Assembly (NCBI GenBank): GCA_051362555.1
Contig: CM120642.1
Coordinates: 17,112,001-17,176,000 of the forward strand
DNA from: Lingula anatina
Lineage: Eukaryota > Animalia > Brachiopoda
Direction of reading: 5' to 3'
Length of the DNA stretch: 64,000 bases
A program made the translations under genes and the position numbers. The notes under the pieces were generated by a model. That model saw nothing but the letters and a program-made list of their open reading frames with translations. It did not search any database and had not been told where the DNA came from. Every line of letters begins with the position of its first letter. Within the stretch, counting starts at the first letter, position 1. Positions 13,901-27,300 of this stretch are shown piece after piece.

Positions 13901-15277
13901 AGCTAGCCTAAAACTAGTAAAACTAGTTTTTTAGATACATTGGTGCATGTTGTATGTTAAATTGTTGAATCATCCATTATTATCCTTCTCAAATATATGT
14001 TTAAGGTGGGTGTACACTGTATAGTAAGGTGCAAAAAGTATAAATGAAGTTACTTTTAGTATAATGTTAAATAATTGATAAACTTAGGTCTATCCTTGTT
14101 GTTCCAGGATGATGGCATTCGCTTCTGGAAGGAAGAAAAAGTTGACGGTGCAGTTTATGGAATATACCTGAAAAAAGTCAAGTACACTGTATTATCTGAG
14201 GTGGGTATATTTTGAATGTATACACAGGTATATTTTGAATGGGTATGCACACAGCTGTAGATGTATATATACCTTTTTTTTGGGGTCAAGCTGTCCAGGT
14301 TCTTTGATCAGACATGAGCTTTTTCTGTGGAAAAGCAGAATTCCGCTTTATTAAATTCAATTCTGATGGTTCCTGAGATTCGTCAAGGTTAGGTGTAGGG
14401 TCCCATGACAAATGTTCAGAGTTTTTTTTTAAACCTAGGCTCATGTCTGTTAGATGTATGTTATCGAAAGTATTTTTTTTTCTGATTGCCACCATTGACT
14501 GTCATTATAGAACTTTGGTCATGTTGACTCAAGTGAAAAATATGTGAAGAAAAAGAAATTTGAAATGAGACTATATACATATGTTGAAAACATTTGACTT
14601 TGGACTACAGTTAAGTCTGTCCAAAATTTAAAAAAAAATAAATAAAAAAGAATATTGAAACAAAACTTGAAAAATGCAGAAGTCAGATTTCAGCACCAGT
14701 AACTCCAGTATAAACTAGGGAAAATAAAAAGGCAACATTAGTGTATACTTCATTACTTGATAACTCATAGTTTATAGTCAGAGTATGTTACATCCGGTTA
14801 GTTAAGCAGCCATTGAGTAAAAAAAAATCCCTCAGGCTAATGCCATTTCATGCAGGGAGCAGGAACTGGCAGATGTGTGCAATTTTTTTTTCATTTTAGA
14901 TATAAGACCCTCTGCATTGATTAATGAATTATTAGACAGGATAAAAAAGGTGATGAAGTATTTTAGATTTGAGATCAATCATGGAGGGAGTAAACCCCTG
15001 TGGGAATGATGAGTCAGAGCATGGTTGGGTTTATTGCCTTGTTTTGGAATGTTTTTGTGCTTGTTTTTACTCTCTGTACAACATACAGACATTCCCATAA
15101 AACATGATACATGGGTGAAAGTTTTCAGGATTATGCCTGATTTCAGGATCTTCAGTCTCAATTCTGATCATTTTTTTTCATGTGGTCCAAATGTGATGAG
15201 AAATTGCAAGCCGTTTTTAGGATTTTCAGTTTTTATCGCTTTCACCAATGGTGTGTTTGTGATACACTTACCTGTTT

Positions 15278-15329
<52 letters not shown>

Positions 15330-18300
15330 AGAGAATAAGAAAGACTGATGGAGACATACAGTACACATGTGCCCACCCCCCCCCCCCCTACACACACACA
15401 TATGCACACACACATGTACATACACCCTCTGCTACCCCATAACACATCCTTGGCACTGCATGTGTGCCAGCTTAGACTTTGCCAAAATTATAACAGGGAA
15501 TGAAGTTTCATAAATTTTTAACTCAAGGTGTCATTATATAACAATTAATTAACCTAATTGAATGGGTCATCAGTTCCAAATTTACATCATGTACCAGAAA
15601 GTTCTCATGTACTGGGAGTTTGCCATAAATATGTGTCTACTGTATGTGTACACTAGCCAGATCCTTGTTAATTGCCTGGTTTATAAGAAGACTCACTAGC
15701 CTATACAGTAAGAGACCTCCTACACAAACAAATGTTAGATTATAAATACAGGTGAAAAAATCTGCACACCTGGTCAGTGCTTAATTGCAAACAGGTACAC
15801 AGATGTGTATGTATGTGTGTGTGCATGTGCGTATGTGTGTGTTGTTTGTGTGTGTGTGTAGGTATGTGTGTTGAGAAGTAGATTCGGCATAACCATTGAT
15901 TGGCAATTTGTTCTCATTCTCATTAACACTATTCTCTGCATAAAACCCACACATGATGAGCTGGTCAGACATTAAGAAAGTTTCCTATATACATGGTTGT
16001 AGAAAAGATATATGTTAAGTTAAAGTTCTTTTTCTGTAAAGTTTGAGAAAAAAAAAGGATATATTACAGTGGCAATCAAGAGGGCAAGGATTCTTTCCGT
16101 ATTAGCTATTCCCATCACTATAACATATTTTATCACGCATTGATCTTTATCCACATTTTTGTGAAGTTAAAGGTCATTTGGGTGTAAAACAAGTACACAG
16201 CATTGAACCTTGACTGGATAGATGTTGATGCATGCACCCCTTCATGAATAATGTATTAATTTGCAGTGTTTGTATTGTTATTGGTGTTACCGTGCCTTTA
16301 TCAAGACAAAAATGTTCTGAAAGCCATCATTTACAACTTACAAAAGATACAAACTTTCCTTATCAGTGAGTTAGAAGTCAATTATTAGCTAGTGTCAGTC
16401 TTTAGGAAGAGCAGTCAGGGTGGTATCATACCATCTTCACTATTAAGGAATTCTCTACTGGTGTGTGTTCATACCTAGACCAAATAAAACTGGAAGTAGA
16501 GCTTTAACCTATAGAGAGCTCAAAGAGCACAGACCTCTGGCGAGAAAAGTAATTAATTAGTAAGTAATCATTGATTAACCAATGGATCATTCACAACATC
16601 TTTCGGTTTTGCATTTTTTTTTTGGGCTTATCCTGAAAATTTCTTCAAAATCTGTCCACAGCTTTGAATGAAAATAGACTAATGAGTTTCACTTGGTAAG
16701 GTTATAATGATAATCAGATATTCAATCTCATAAAGGCTTTTAAGATTCTAATTTTCTTAATAGTTTTAGATAGGGTGTTCAAAGTACCTTTAGTTTATTA
16801 TTTTTCTTTGTAAACATATACATGTGACACACATTGTATGGCTTTGACAAAGCAGATAGCTTTAGGTGTAAATTCTTTTGTGAAGACAGCCTTGACTTAA
16901 TTACCAGTGCTGCTCTATATATTTATATGCCCTTACCTGTGGTGATATGACCAAGGCAATTGATATAGTTAAGTACCACTGATTGTACTAGATAGGTAAT
17001 GACTTCCTCCTTTTGTGCTCTTTGTTATACTTCAGTTCTCTCTTATATTTGTACATTAGTTTGTGATCACCTGTAGTTTTTATTCACCAGTTAATCATTG
17101 CAGTTTACCAGTTTAAACTGCTTTTCTTTTTGAAGTTTAGATTTATATAACATAAATTTGGGCTTAGAGAGAGTCGTATGCATCGGAAGTTTCTCATGCA
17201 TTTTTGCTCAGGTGAGTGCTTTCATGCTTTCATCTGGGACATTGACAGACCCTCCTTACTAAATGCAGTGTATTTTTTCTTTTGACACAAATTTAGGACA
17301 ACAGGTCCATGCCCAACAAGAGAAAATGAAAAAAAAAAAAATAAATAAATAAATAAATAACTGCCTTCTGTGAGGTATATCTATTAAGTGTAGAAGATGG
17401 CAGTAAATAAAATGAAAGTTATGTTCTCTGCAGTGAGATATGTACAGGGTGAGCTATGATCATAGCTGAACAAACCCCTGTTAGTGAAAGGTAGAATAAA
17501 TATGTAGCTCTGGATTACCAGGTATATGAGTATGTTGAATAAGATTGAATAAAGTATAATTCCCTTGTGTGTTTTTTCTAGGGTTAGCTTTACAAAGGAA
17601 ATTTAATCTGAAATTTTGTCAGAGCTTTAAGACAACACATTTGTCGTCTTCATTTAAAAATAAATCCATATTTACCCACTTGTATAAAGTATTGGTCTGA
17701 AACTATCCCTTTCTTGTTATAAATAGAGTATAATGTTTTATTTAATTTGAACTTAAATTGTTTTATTTTGTATCAAAGAAGTCTAAAAGTTTGGCCTAAA
17801 ATTCAGACCAGTTTGGACTTAATTTTGTGTGTGAAACATTTGTGAAGGGTATGAGTATGAAGACTGATGTATAGGGTACATGTAATACTAGTGTTGCCTA
17901 GCCGACAGGTATCAATATACTACTCCAGTACCTCTCACACAGGTATGAGTAAGTGTTTACTATGCAGGAAACACCCTCTGGGTTATCTTTTATCTCTCGG
18001 TATTAATGTCTACTTCACTTAATAGAATGGGTTGTATGGAGAGATAGGGCTTTTGTATTGCATGGGGCAGTGCTGTTAATTGTACCACCAGCGTAGGCGC
18101 TGGCGGTACTCATGGTTTTAGTCCCGACCCGTATGTTCCGCCGGCTCCGCCGGCTCCTGCGGCTCCGCCGCCAAGTCACCGTTACCGCTTCTCCTCCTAG
18201 ACGGTAAGGGCCTCCATACCCATCTCTTGGATTTAGGTCACCTATAATCTCAACTCGTTCCACGTAAAATTTGGGCTTTGTCGGTATTGGGGTCTAGGTG

Positions 18301-20711
18301 TGGCACTCATTGCAATGCACCCTTGTCCAAAAATGGCAAAATTAAATGCTAATTATCTCCCCTACGGAAGGAATTATGGGAAAAATTTCTACAGACAGCT
18401 TTCCAAAAGTCATATGTGTAGATTTCAAATAAGCCCTTGGATTTGACCTTTGACCTTTATTTCAAGGTCAAACGGGCCAAAATTTTCAAAAAAACAAAAT
18501 TTTTGCCGAAAAAAATTTTTTTTGCGCTCTTATTCAGACACCACACAGACTTAACTAATAATATTAATGGAAAGTGTTACCCTTCAGGTCATCTTTCATC
18601 TCCGTGAATTTGGGGTCAATCGGTGCATTTTCACGGGAGTAGCGGCCATAAGATATCAAAACTGAAAATTGTCTCTAATTCGGGAACCGTTAATGCTAGA
18701 CACCCATTCTTTTTTGCATTTTGTAGAGCATGTAAAGCCCAACACTGGAGGTGGTCTCCGTTTTTTTGTATTCCATACGGTTTTCGAGTTACGCTTTATC
18801 AAAAAGTCATATACTGGTGGTGAAAGCAAAATGTGCGGGCTTGGCAAAGCAGACAACTTGTGGTCAAAAATGACATTATTTCATCAAATTTGAACATCTG
18901 GAACTTCAAAGCACCTCCCATTTCAAGAATTTTGACCAAAATGACCTTTTCTTTATTTTAATTAATTTTTTCTGTAGGAAATTTATGGCACATTATGGTA
19001 ACTCCAAAATTATAACATTTAGTCCCTTATATCTCCAAAACTGGCAGAGATAGGTCCATAGTTACTATTGAAGTTGAAAAGGAAGTCATATACTGGCAAT
19101 CTAAATGTGACCTTAAAATTGACCTTTGACCTACTTTTCACCATGAACTGAACTTTGTAAATTTTGCATCCCTTTTATCTCCAAAACTGGCAGAGATAGG
19201 TCCATAGTTACTATTGAACTTGAATAGGAAGTCATATACTGGCAATCTGAATGTGACCTTAAAATTGACCTTTGACCTTCTTTTCAACATGAACTGAACT
19301 TTGCAAATTTTGTTTCCCTTTTATCTCCAAAACTGGCAGAGATAGGTCCATAGCTACTATTGAACTTGAATAGGAAGTCATATACTGGCAATCTACATGT
19401 GACCTTAAAATTGACCTTTGACCTACTTTTCACCATGAACTGAACTTTGTACATTTTGCGTCCCTTTTATCTCCAAAACTGGCAGAGATAGGTCCATAGT
19501 TACTATTGAAGTTGAATGGGAAGTCATATACTGGCAATCTAAATGTGACCTTGAAATTGACCTTTGACCTTCTTTTCACCATGAACTAACCTTTGCAAAT
19601 TTTGTTTCCCTTTTATCTCCAAAACTGGCAGAGATAGGTCCATAGTTACTATTGAACTTGAATGGGAAGTCATATACTGGCAATCTAAATGTGACCTTGA
19701 AATTGACCTTTGACCTACTTTTCACCATGAACTAACCTTTGCAAATTTTGCTGCCCTTTTATCTCCAAATCTGGCAGAGATAGGTCCATAGTTACTATTG
19801 AACATTGATAGGAAGTCATACACTGGCAATCTAAATGTGACCTTGAAATTGACCTATGACCTACTTTTCACCATGAACTGATCTTTGCAAATTTTGCTTC
19901 CCTTTTATCTCCAAAACTGGCAGAGATAGGTCCATAGTTACTATTGAACTTTAATAGGAAGTCATATACTGGCAATCTTAACGTGACCTTGAAATTGTCC
20001 TTTGACCTACTTTTCACCATGAACTGAACTTTGCAAATTTTGCTTCCCTTTTATCTCCCAAACTGGCAGAGATAGGTCCAAAGTTACTATTGAAGTTGAA
20101 TAGGAAGTCATATACTAGCAATCTAAATGTGACCTTAAAATTGACCTTTGACCTACTTTTCACCATGAACTGAACTCTGCTAATTTCTTTCTCTTTTAAC
20201 TCCTAACCTGGCAGAGATAGGTCCATTGTTACTATTGAACTTGAATAGGAAGTCATATACTGGCAATCTTACTGTGAAATTGACCTTTGACCTACCTTTT
20301 GATGAACTTAACTTTGATTGTACCATTTTAAGTTATATATATATTTTTTTTGCATATTTTGAAAATTCTTATTGATTGCATTTTTACAGCTTGTCAAGCA
20401 AAAGACTGGTGGCTGTGTCCCTTATTTTGTGTATGTGGGGGTCTATACAAATGCGCTTGCTCCAGCTGGTGGTACAATATTCGGAGGCGGTATCGCCTCT
20501 CTGATCCTCTAGTTTAGCTAGGGAATGATATTGAAAAAAAAAAAACAAAAACAAAAAAAAACACCAGAGGTAAATAAATAATTTGAAATAAATAATTTAA
20601 AATGAATAAATAAATCTCATGTCTGCAATTTCAAGCTGTAGAGTCTAACCAGAATTTGAAGATATGAAATAAATATACGTAAATATTTATTTCTACAAAT
20701 GACATAAATTA

Positions 20712-20806
<95 letters not shown>

Positions 20807-21325
20807 TACATAAACTAATATAATTAAACATTTCAAATGCTTAGTGTAAGTCTAGGGTAAAACATAGAACCTCACTCCAAGGTTTTTACAGTGATACTAA
20901 AATTTCTCAGAAATTTAGCGCTCAGGGATAGTAATTTTCAGCAAAGTGGATCATCTCTCCTACTTGATTCCCTGTTGATGACAGAGAGTGTTGAAATCAA
21001 TACAGGATTCAATTGATCTGCTTTGGCTACCGGCTAAAGTGACTTGTATTATGTGTGAGAGAGCCAGAAGGTGGACGGATATATATTGAACACCTCTCCT
21101 GGTTTTGCCCATTTAGGGTACCAGTGCTGGATATAAAGACCAATTTCACACTAGTATATATAATGTCCTGTAATTATTGTGAATAAACCCGAGATGGATA
21201 AGAGGAAATAGATCTCTCTCTCTCTCAAAAAAAAAAAAAAAAGGAAAATGCTAGCTTACCATCATGAATGTATCTGAACTTGCCTGTCATGTATGTTAAA
21301 AGAACACAACATGTCCACCCACTCA

Positions 21326-21383
<58 letters not shown>

Positions 21384-24300
21384 CATTTTATCATATCAAA
21401 TTTATTTAATATCGAAATGACCAGCTCTACATATCTCATCAGTTTTTCTTTTCTAATTTGACCATAATTTTCATTGAATTTCATCTGTAAATATTATTAC
21501 TTTCAGCTTGAGCCTGCAGACAGTGACCAAGTTTCTCATCTCCAGTGGCAGACCCAGAGAATAAGAGTTGTAAAGGCTGGAACTTTAGAACGCTTAGTCG
21601 AAAGTTTGTCATCAGAGACCGGGGAGTTGGACTCATCTTACGTCAATGTCTTCCTTGCAACTTATAGAACTTTTGCCAGTGCTAAACAGGTGCTGCAGTT
21701 AATATTAGACAGGTAGGGTATCTAACAAGGATTGTTATTGCAGCAATTTGTCATAAGACTTGAAATTATCAATTAACTGTAGGTTTGATATTGAGTTTGT
21801 ATAAGATGTAACTTGAAATGTTGGGGCAAAGACATTCCTGGCTATATGCCATAGGTCAAAGAATGTTAAATTCATAAAATTTTAAGAGTTTAGTTCATTA
21901 GATTTCCCAATGAGAAAATTTGTAGAAAGTGATTTGTAGAAGAACAGCAGTTAAAGTTGCTGTATTCATCCATTTGGTAACATCTTTTTATATTTGTGTA
22001 TATTTTTCATCTCTTATTAAGATGAGAAAAAAAAACAGCTACTGTACAACAAAAATTGCATTGAGAATGGAAACGCTCCTAGATATATATCCCAACAGAA
22101 ATAATATATGATCAATATTATTATTATTGTGATTATAATTTGTTTCTCAGGTATCTAGCCATAGACCAGAATACACAGCAAAATGACCAAATGCATGAGA
22201 AGATAAAAAAGTAAGTGATTTATCAGAATAAAAAGTAATTAAGGCCTGTGTATCATAATTAGTCTATTTGAAGTATTGTTTAAGGGAAAGAACAGGGGAG
22301 TAAGCTTAGGCGATGGGGCATTAGTTTTTTAAAGGCAAAGAAAAAAGACTTCACCAAAGTCTGTTTTTTGGGAATATTTTTGATAATAATTTCATATATT
22401 TGCCTTTAAAGTTTTTAACCAATTATCAAGCATTTCCTTCAGAATCGTGTTTCTTCTTAATACACAGTTTCATGTCATCTCAAAATGAAGACTGAAGGTG
22501 AAGGCAGATTTTTCATATCAGTTTGAACTTTTTTCTCATAAGAAGACACACCTTATGAAAACAATGTCACGGTTAATCATCATATTAAATGCCACAGGTC
22601 AACACACTTCAAAAGTATTGACTCTGTCTATTTTATATGGATCATTTAAGGTAAATGGTATCCTTGTCTGTCTTTGTCATCATCATTGTTAAAGTACAGG
22701 ATTTCTATGTAAACAAGCTCTTTAATGATTCCCACAATGGCTGTGTGATGGTGAACTCTCACTAGGGGAATCTTAAGTTCAATCAGTGACCTTGATAGAG
22801 GTCATTGGCCCAATAAGTGCAGTTTAAAGGCTCAGCTTGCGCCCCCCTTAAACCCCACATTTTTCCCCTTCCTCACTCTTTTTGGACCAACATGCCAACA
22901 ACAAATAAATGCTAGTAAATGTCAGAGGATACTTAAATATCTGAACCCATTTGTATACAGTATGGTATGAATTTATCCAATAGTTGGCCAGAAATTGAGC
23001 TTAACTCCAAAGACAAATTTGAGCTATAAAATCTTGCTGTAACAGATATGTTTTAAACAACTAAAAGGCAGTACTACATGTGCTAAGCAGAAGCTATTAA
23101 TTTCCCTTGATGAACAAGTAAGAGCATTTTAACCTACGTATTAAAAGAGGTATGGTACCCAGGAAAAGGGTATGAATGGAAAGCCTGTGTAGCCTTCCTT
23201 AATGGAACAATTAGGAAGTTCATTTACATGATACAGAGTCTCATGATTATAGTATTTGGAGAGTTCTGGGCTACACAAATACCTAGAGTACCGACTAACA
23301 GATGTTGTTCCTCTTGTGATGCAATTCAATTGGCGTATTCCTTTTGAATTTGTTACAACTTTGATCATGAAAACTATATAAATAGACATTGTATTTATCC
23401 CTTATGAATGTCAAGTAGTTCATTTTATTTTATTTTTTACTTATCTATTTATTTATCAGTATTTGGTGAAGTCACTGCCACAGAATACCAGAGATTCATT
23501 GAAAATTTCTTCAAAATCAACTCTGTTCCCATGACATATATCAATACTAATTTCACATTCCATCAGTCACCTCTATTTTACCATGGCACCAATGACATTT
23601 GGTTGTCTTATTGCACATTCTATTGCAGACATGTAACATCTTGTTCACAGACTCCAAGATGTTTCGATAATTGGATCACAACTTTTAAGATGTTACACCT
23701 CGTTATGCACATATTTACCGACTAATCTTTTTATGATCAGATTCATTAAAATTTATGATTGAGATTATGAAATTATGTACAAGATTGATCATACAATTTG
23801 AGAACAGGATCAAAGCAGTTTGTTGGTATATTATTATACACATTGACTACTCGCTCTGCATTTCTTCCTAGGAACTTGTCTCTAAGGGCAAATTCCCATA
23901 GATTTTAGATCGATCTATCCCCGTGGGGAGTCTCACTAGGTTACTGTCAGAAAATCCAGCTTAAATGTCTGTCCCGCCTACTACAAGCAGTAAGGGGGTA
24001 ATTAACTTTCGTGTCTGCCCGGCTGACAGCTATTTAGCGTGAACCCCCAGGGAGTTAGGTCGATCTAAAGTAGGTCGATCTAATCTATGGAAATGGGGTG
24101 TAACAGTTCAAATATAGCTGGCCCACTTGAAAGCTTGTCACATAATCCCCTAATAGACATTGAATAGACCCCCCCCCCCCCCCCCCCCCCCCAGGATGAT
24201 GTGGCAAGCTTACAAGTGGGTTGGTCATACTTGATCTGTGGATCTGTTAGTCTGCAGATCAACCCTCTTGTGAATGTTCTCTTAGACTTATGTGGCTTGA

Positions 24301-27300
24301 CTGAATACATTGATGGTGTGTAGTTTCTCTCTTCTGTGTAGTTTTCACAAGCAAGAGATCAATTCTAATGCACTTGTCTGATATATTGAGTGACCAGACA
24401 TGACTAGATAAGGAAATGAGGGGTTTTCATTTGTGTATAAATTGTTTACTTGATGCCTAAATTTTCAAGACCAGCAGAGCATTAAAGCACTGATTCATTT
24501 GAATCCTATCAGATCTCTTCCCAAAAAGAAAGCTGCTTCCCAACTGGAGGATACTTACGAAGCTAATTATTTTGAACATTTAAGTACAAGTATACTATAT
24601 ATTAGGCAATGATGCCTTATGAAGTCATACATGATTAGTTTATTATACAGAAACCTCATCAAGAGGACACATGGTTGTCTTCTGTATGATTTATGCAAGC
24701 AATTGATTTATCCAGTAAATTTAACTGAAAAAAATCTGTTGACATTATTTAGAAACAGAGAATATTATGAGAAACAATATCTGGCACCACTTTTCACGTC
24801 TCCACAACTATTGATTTACTTTTTGTGATGTGGGGCAGAGAAATCCCATAACAACTTGCATGGAATGGATTGCAGGCCAAATTGGGATATTTTTTACGCT
24901 ACTTGGCACTTTGATTTGTTGGACATTGATCAGATTTAAGACTCTTACTGACGTTTTTTTAACAGCAGCACATATGAAGTGGAAGGAAGATTTGTTAGAT
25001 TTTGGAATAAATGAAAGGTCAAGTAGATATTGTGATTGTAGATTAGTAGGGTTTCTTATGTCTTTATTACACAGTATATATAATATTTATGGAATATGTG
25101 CACATGCACAGGAATTTGTTGATTGGACTTCATCAAAATTGAACTTGACTCTTATAGCATTTTTATATACCTGTGCCAGAAATCCATTGGTCAGTGAAGA
25201 AAATGAATTGTTTTTAAGGAGTAACAAATTATTTTGAATAAATAATAGATTACAATTTGAAATGTTTTTTTTTTCAGAACTTACAGATCAGTAACGTCCA
25301 TGTGGTTGGACACATATCCAGAGGACTTTCGAGAGCCACCAAATTATCCCTGCCTCACTTTACTGGAGAAGTTTGCAGCAGAAAATATGCCGACCAGTGA
25401 TCTTGCCATACGCAGTCAGCACAAAAAGGACAAATTTATGAAGGAAGAAGAGGGAGAACATCATGGTATGTTATTGTCAGTATCTTTATTTTAATTAAAG
25501 AGGGAAAAAAGCTCTGTTAGGCAGAATGTAGTCTTAAGAGATATTTTTTTTTTCCATCCAAAAGAAAACGAGGCAAAAGATGTTAAAATACTTGTATGTG
25601 CAGAAATTTTCAACTGCTCTTTGCTGCAGTCTTCCTCAGTGCTATTGTTAGACCACAAGACGGAGTTGTGGTCAAAATGATGTTAACGACTGGGTTCCCA
25701 TGCCCAGATCTGTCTAACTGGATCGACCCATCTCCAAGGGGTTTCTTACTAAATTGCTTTGAGCTTAAACAGCACGCCTACTGAAGCCGCTAAATGATAG
25801 TTAATTACCCTTTAACAGCTTCAGTGGGCGTTCAAGACATCTAACCACTGAAGTTGATAGAAAATGAGTGAGAACACCCATGGAGATAGGTCGATCCAAA
25901 GTAACTGTTACTACCATAGTCTCTTGGAATGGTCTCAAAGACTGACCTATAGACTGTTAGGCAGAGTGTTGGATATTTTTTTTTTGTGATTTGTACAGAG
26001 CTTTGAAATTTGTACAAAACTTTGAAATTTCCAGGAAAATTAGGTTTATAAAGTTCTAATGCTCCTTGTATTACCTAATAATTTTCTTCCCTGATGATGA
26101 TGATGATGTTCTGCTAAACATCAAAATACTGGAGGTGAAAATATTTCCATATTAAGCTGTTGACTGAAGAAGAATTACCTTATTCTGATAATATTCCCTA
26201 CTTACATACTTGTTAATAAATTCAATCTGGATGTTCCATATTTTCATTTTTATTTTTAGATGGCAATATTGACTTCCACCTCAATCTTTGTGATGAAGTT
26301 GACTTCATGATAGACACAGAGTACCAGAAACCTCTAGACTTCATGTCAATTCCAAACGCCATGTTTGCCCAGCAGCTTACGTATATGGACGCGGTAAGCA
26401 CATGCATACATTAACAATCAATTGAACACTTAGGTCTAGTTTTGTATTTGCTGATTTGGATTGAAAAATGTTGATAAGATTTGCTCCAATTTAGCCCCTA
26501 ATTGCATGGTAATATTAACCACTCACTAAATATCAAAAATGGATGGTGGAATGATAATTTTCGTCATGTTCATTGCAAATTCTTCATCATGCCATGTTCA
26601 TCTTTATTTGAACATACAATATGAAGTCTTTTTATCTGAATTTTTATTTATTTTTTTGAAAATTGTTAAACTTAATATATGAAATATGTTTTAGGGTTGT
26701 ATAAAATTAGTGGATAGATATAGCACAGGTAAATGTTATATTCAGTTTTGGTGGATATTTTTTACCACTTGCTTACGAAATGAAATTGGCTCGTTCTTTT
26801 GAATTTCAACTTTTTTTTAAAATGCCATATGGCAAAACCAAACAGTTACAAAATGAAATTCAGAAGATGTATGCAAACAATGTTTGTGTGCAACCTAACT
26901 TTGACTGAAAATATTATCTTTTTGACTTGTTTTCTCAAATAAGCACCATATCTTTTTGTGCTGGATTTGTCAGGATGATTTGTCAGTGAGTTGGTATTTC
27001 ATTCTCACATTGGTGCACTGGGGACAGTTTTCCAGAAACTCACCAGAACATGTTTAGCCCCTAATTGCATGGTAATATTAACCACTCACTAAATATCAAA
27101 AATGGATGGTGGAATGATAATTTTCGTCATGTTCATTGCAAATTCTTCATCATGCCATGTTCATCTTTATTTGAACATACAATATGAAGTCTTTTTATCT
27201 GAATTTTTATTTATTTTTTTGAAAATTGTTAAACTTAATATATGAAATATGTTTTAGGGTTGTATAAAATTATATTTTGATGATGTTTTTTCTGCTGTTT

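Noticed and set aside
15025-15445. ORFs with THTH/CVCV/IYIY runs (also 20617-20811, 44383-44653)
   Set aside because: Translations of microsatellites.
17177-17217. ATG plus strong donor CAG|GTGAGT in RGL intron 2
   Set aside because: Phase 1, incompatible with the phase-0 exon 3; no other support.
18015-18893. ORFs within the HINE bodies (also 36429-38409)
   Set aside because: Not conserved in frame between the two copies and no Rep/helicase or transposase motifs.
19024-20300. Regular array resembling CRISPR (also 36904-38140)
   Set aside because: Whole 146-bp units repeat with no unique spacers, there are no cas genes, and the context is eukaryotic; it is a transposon-borne satellite.
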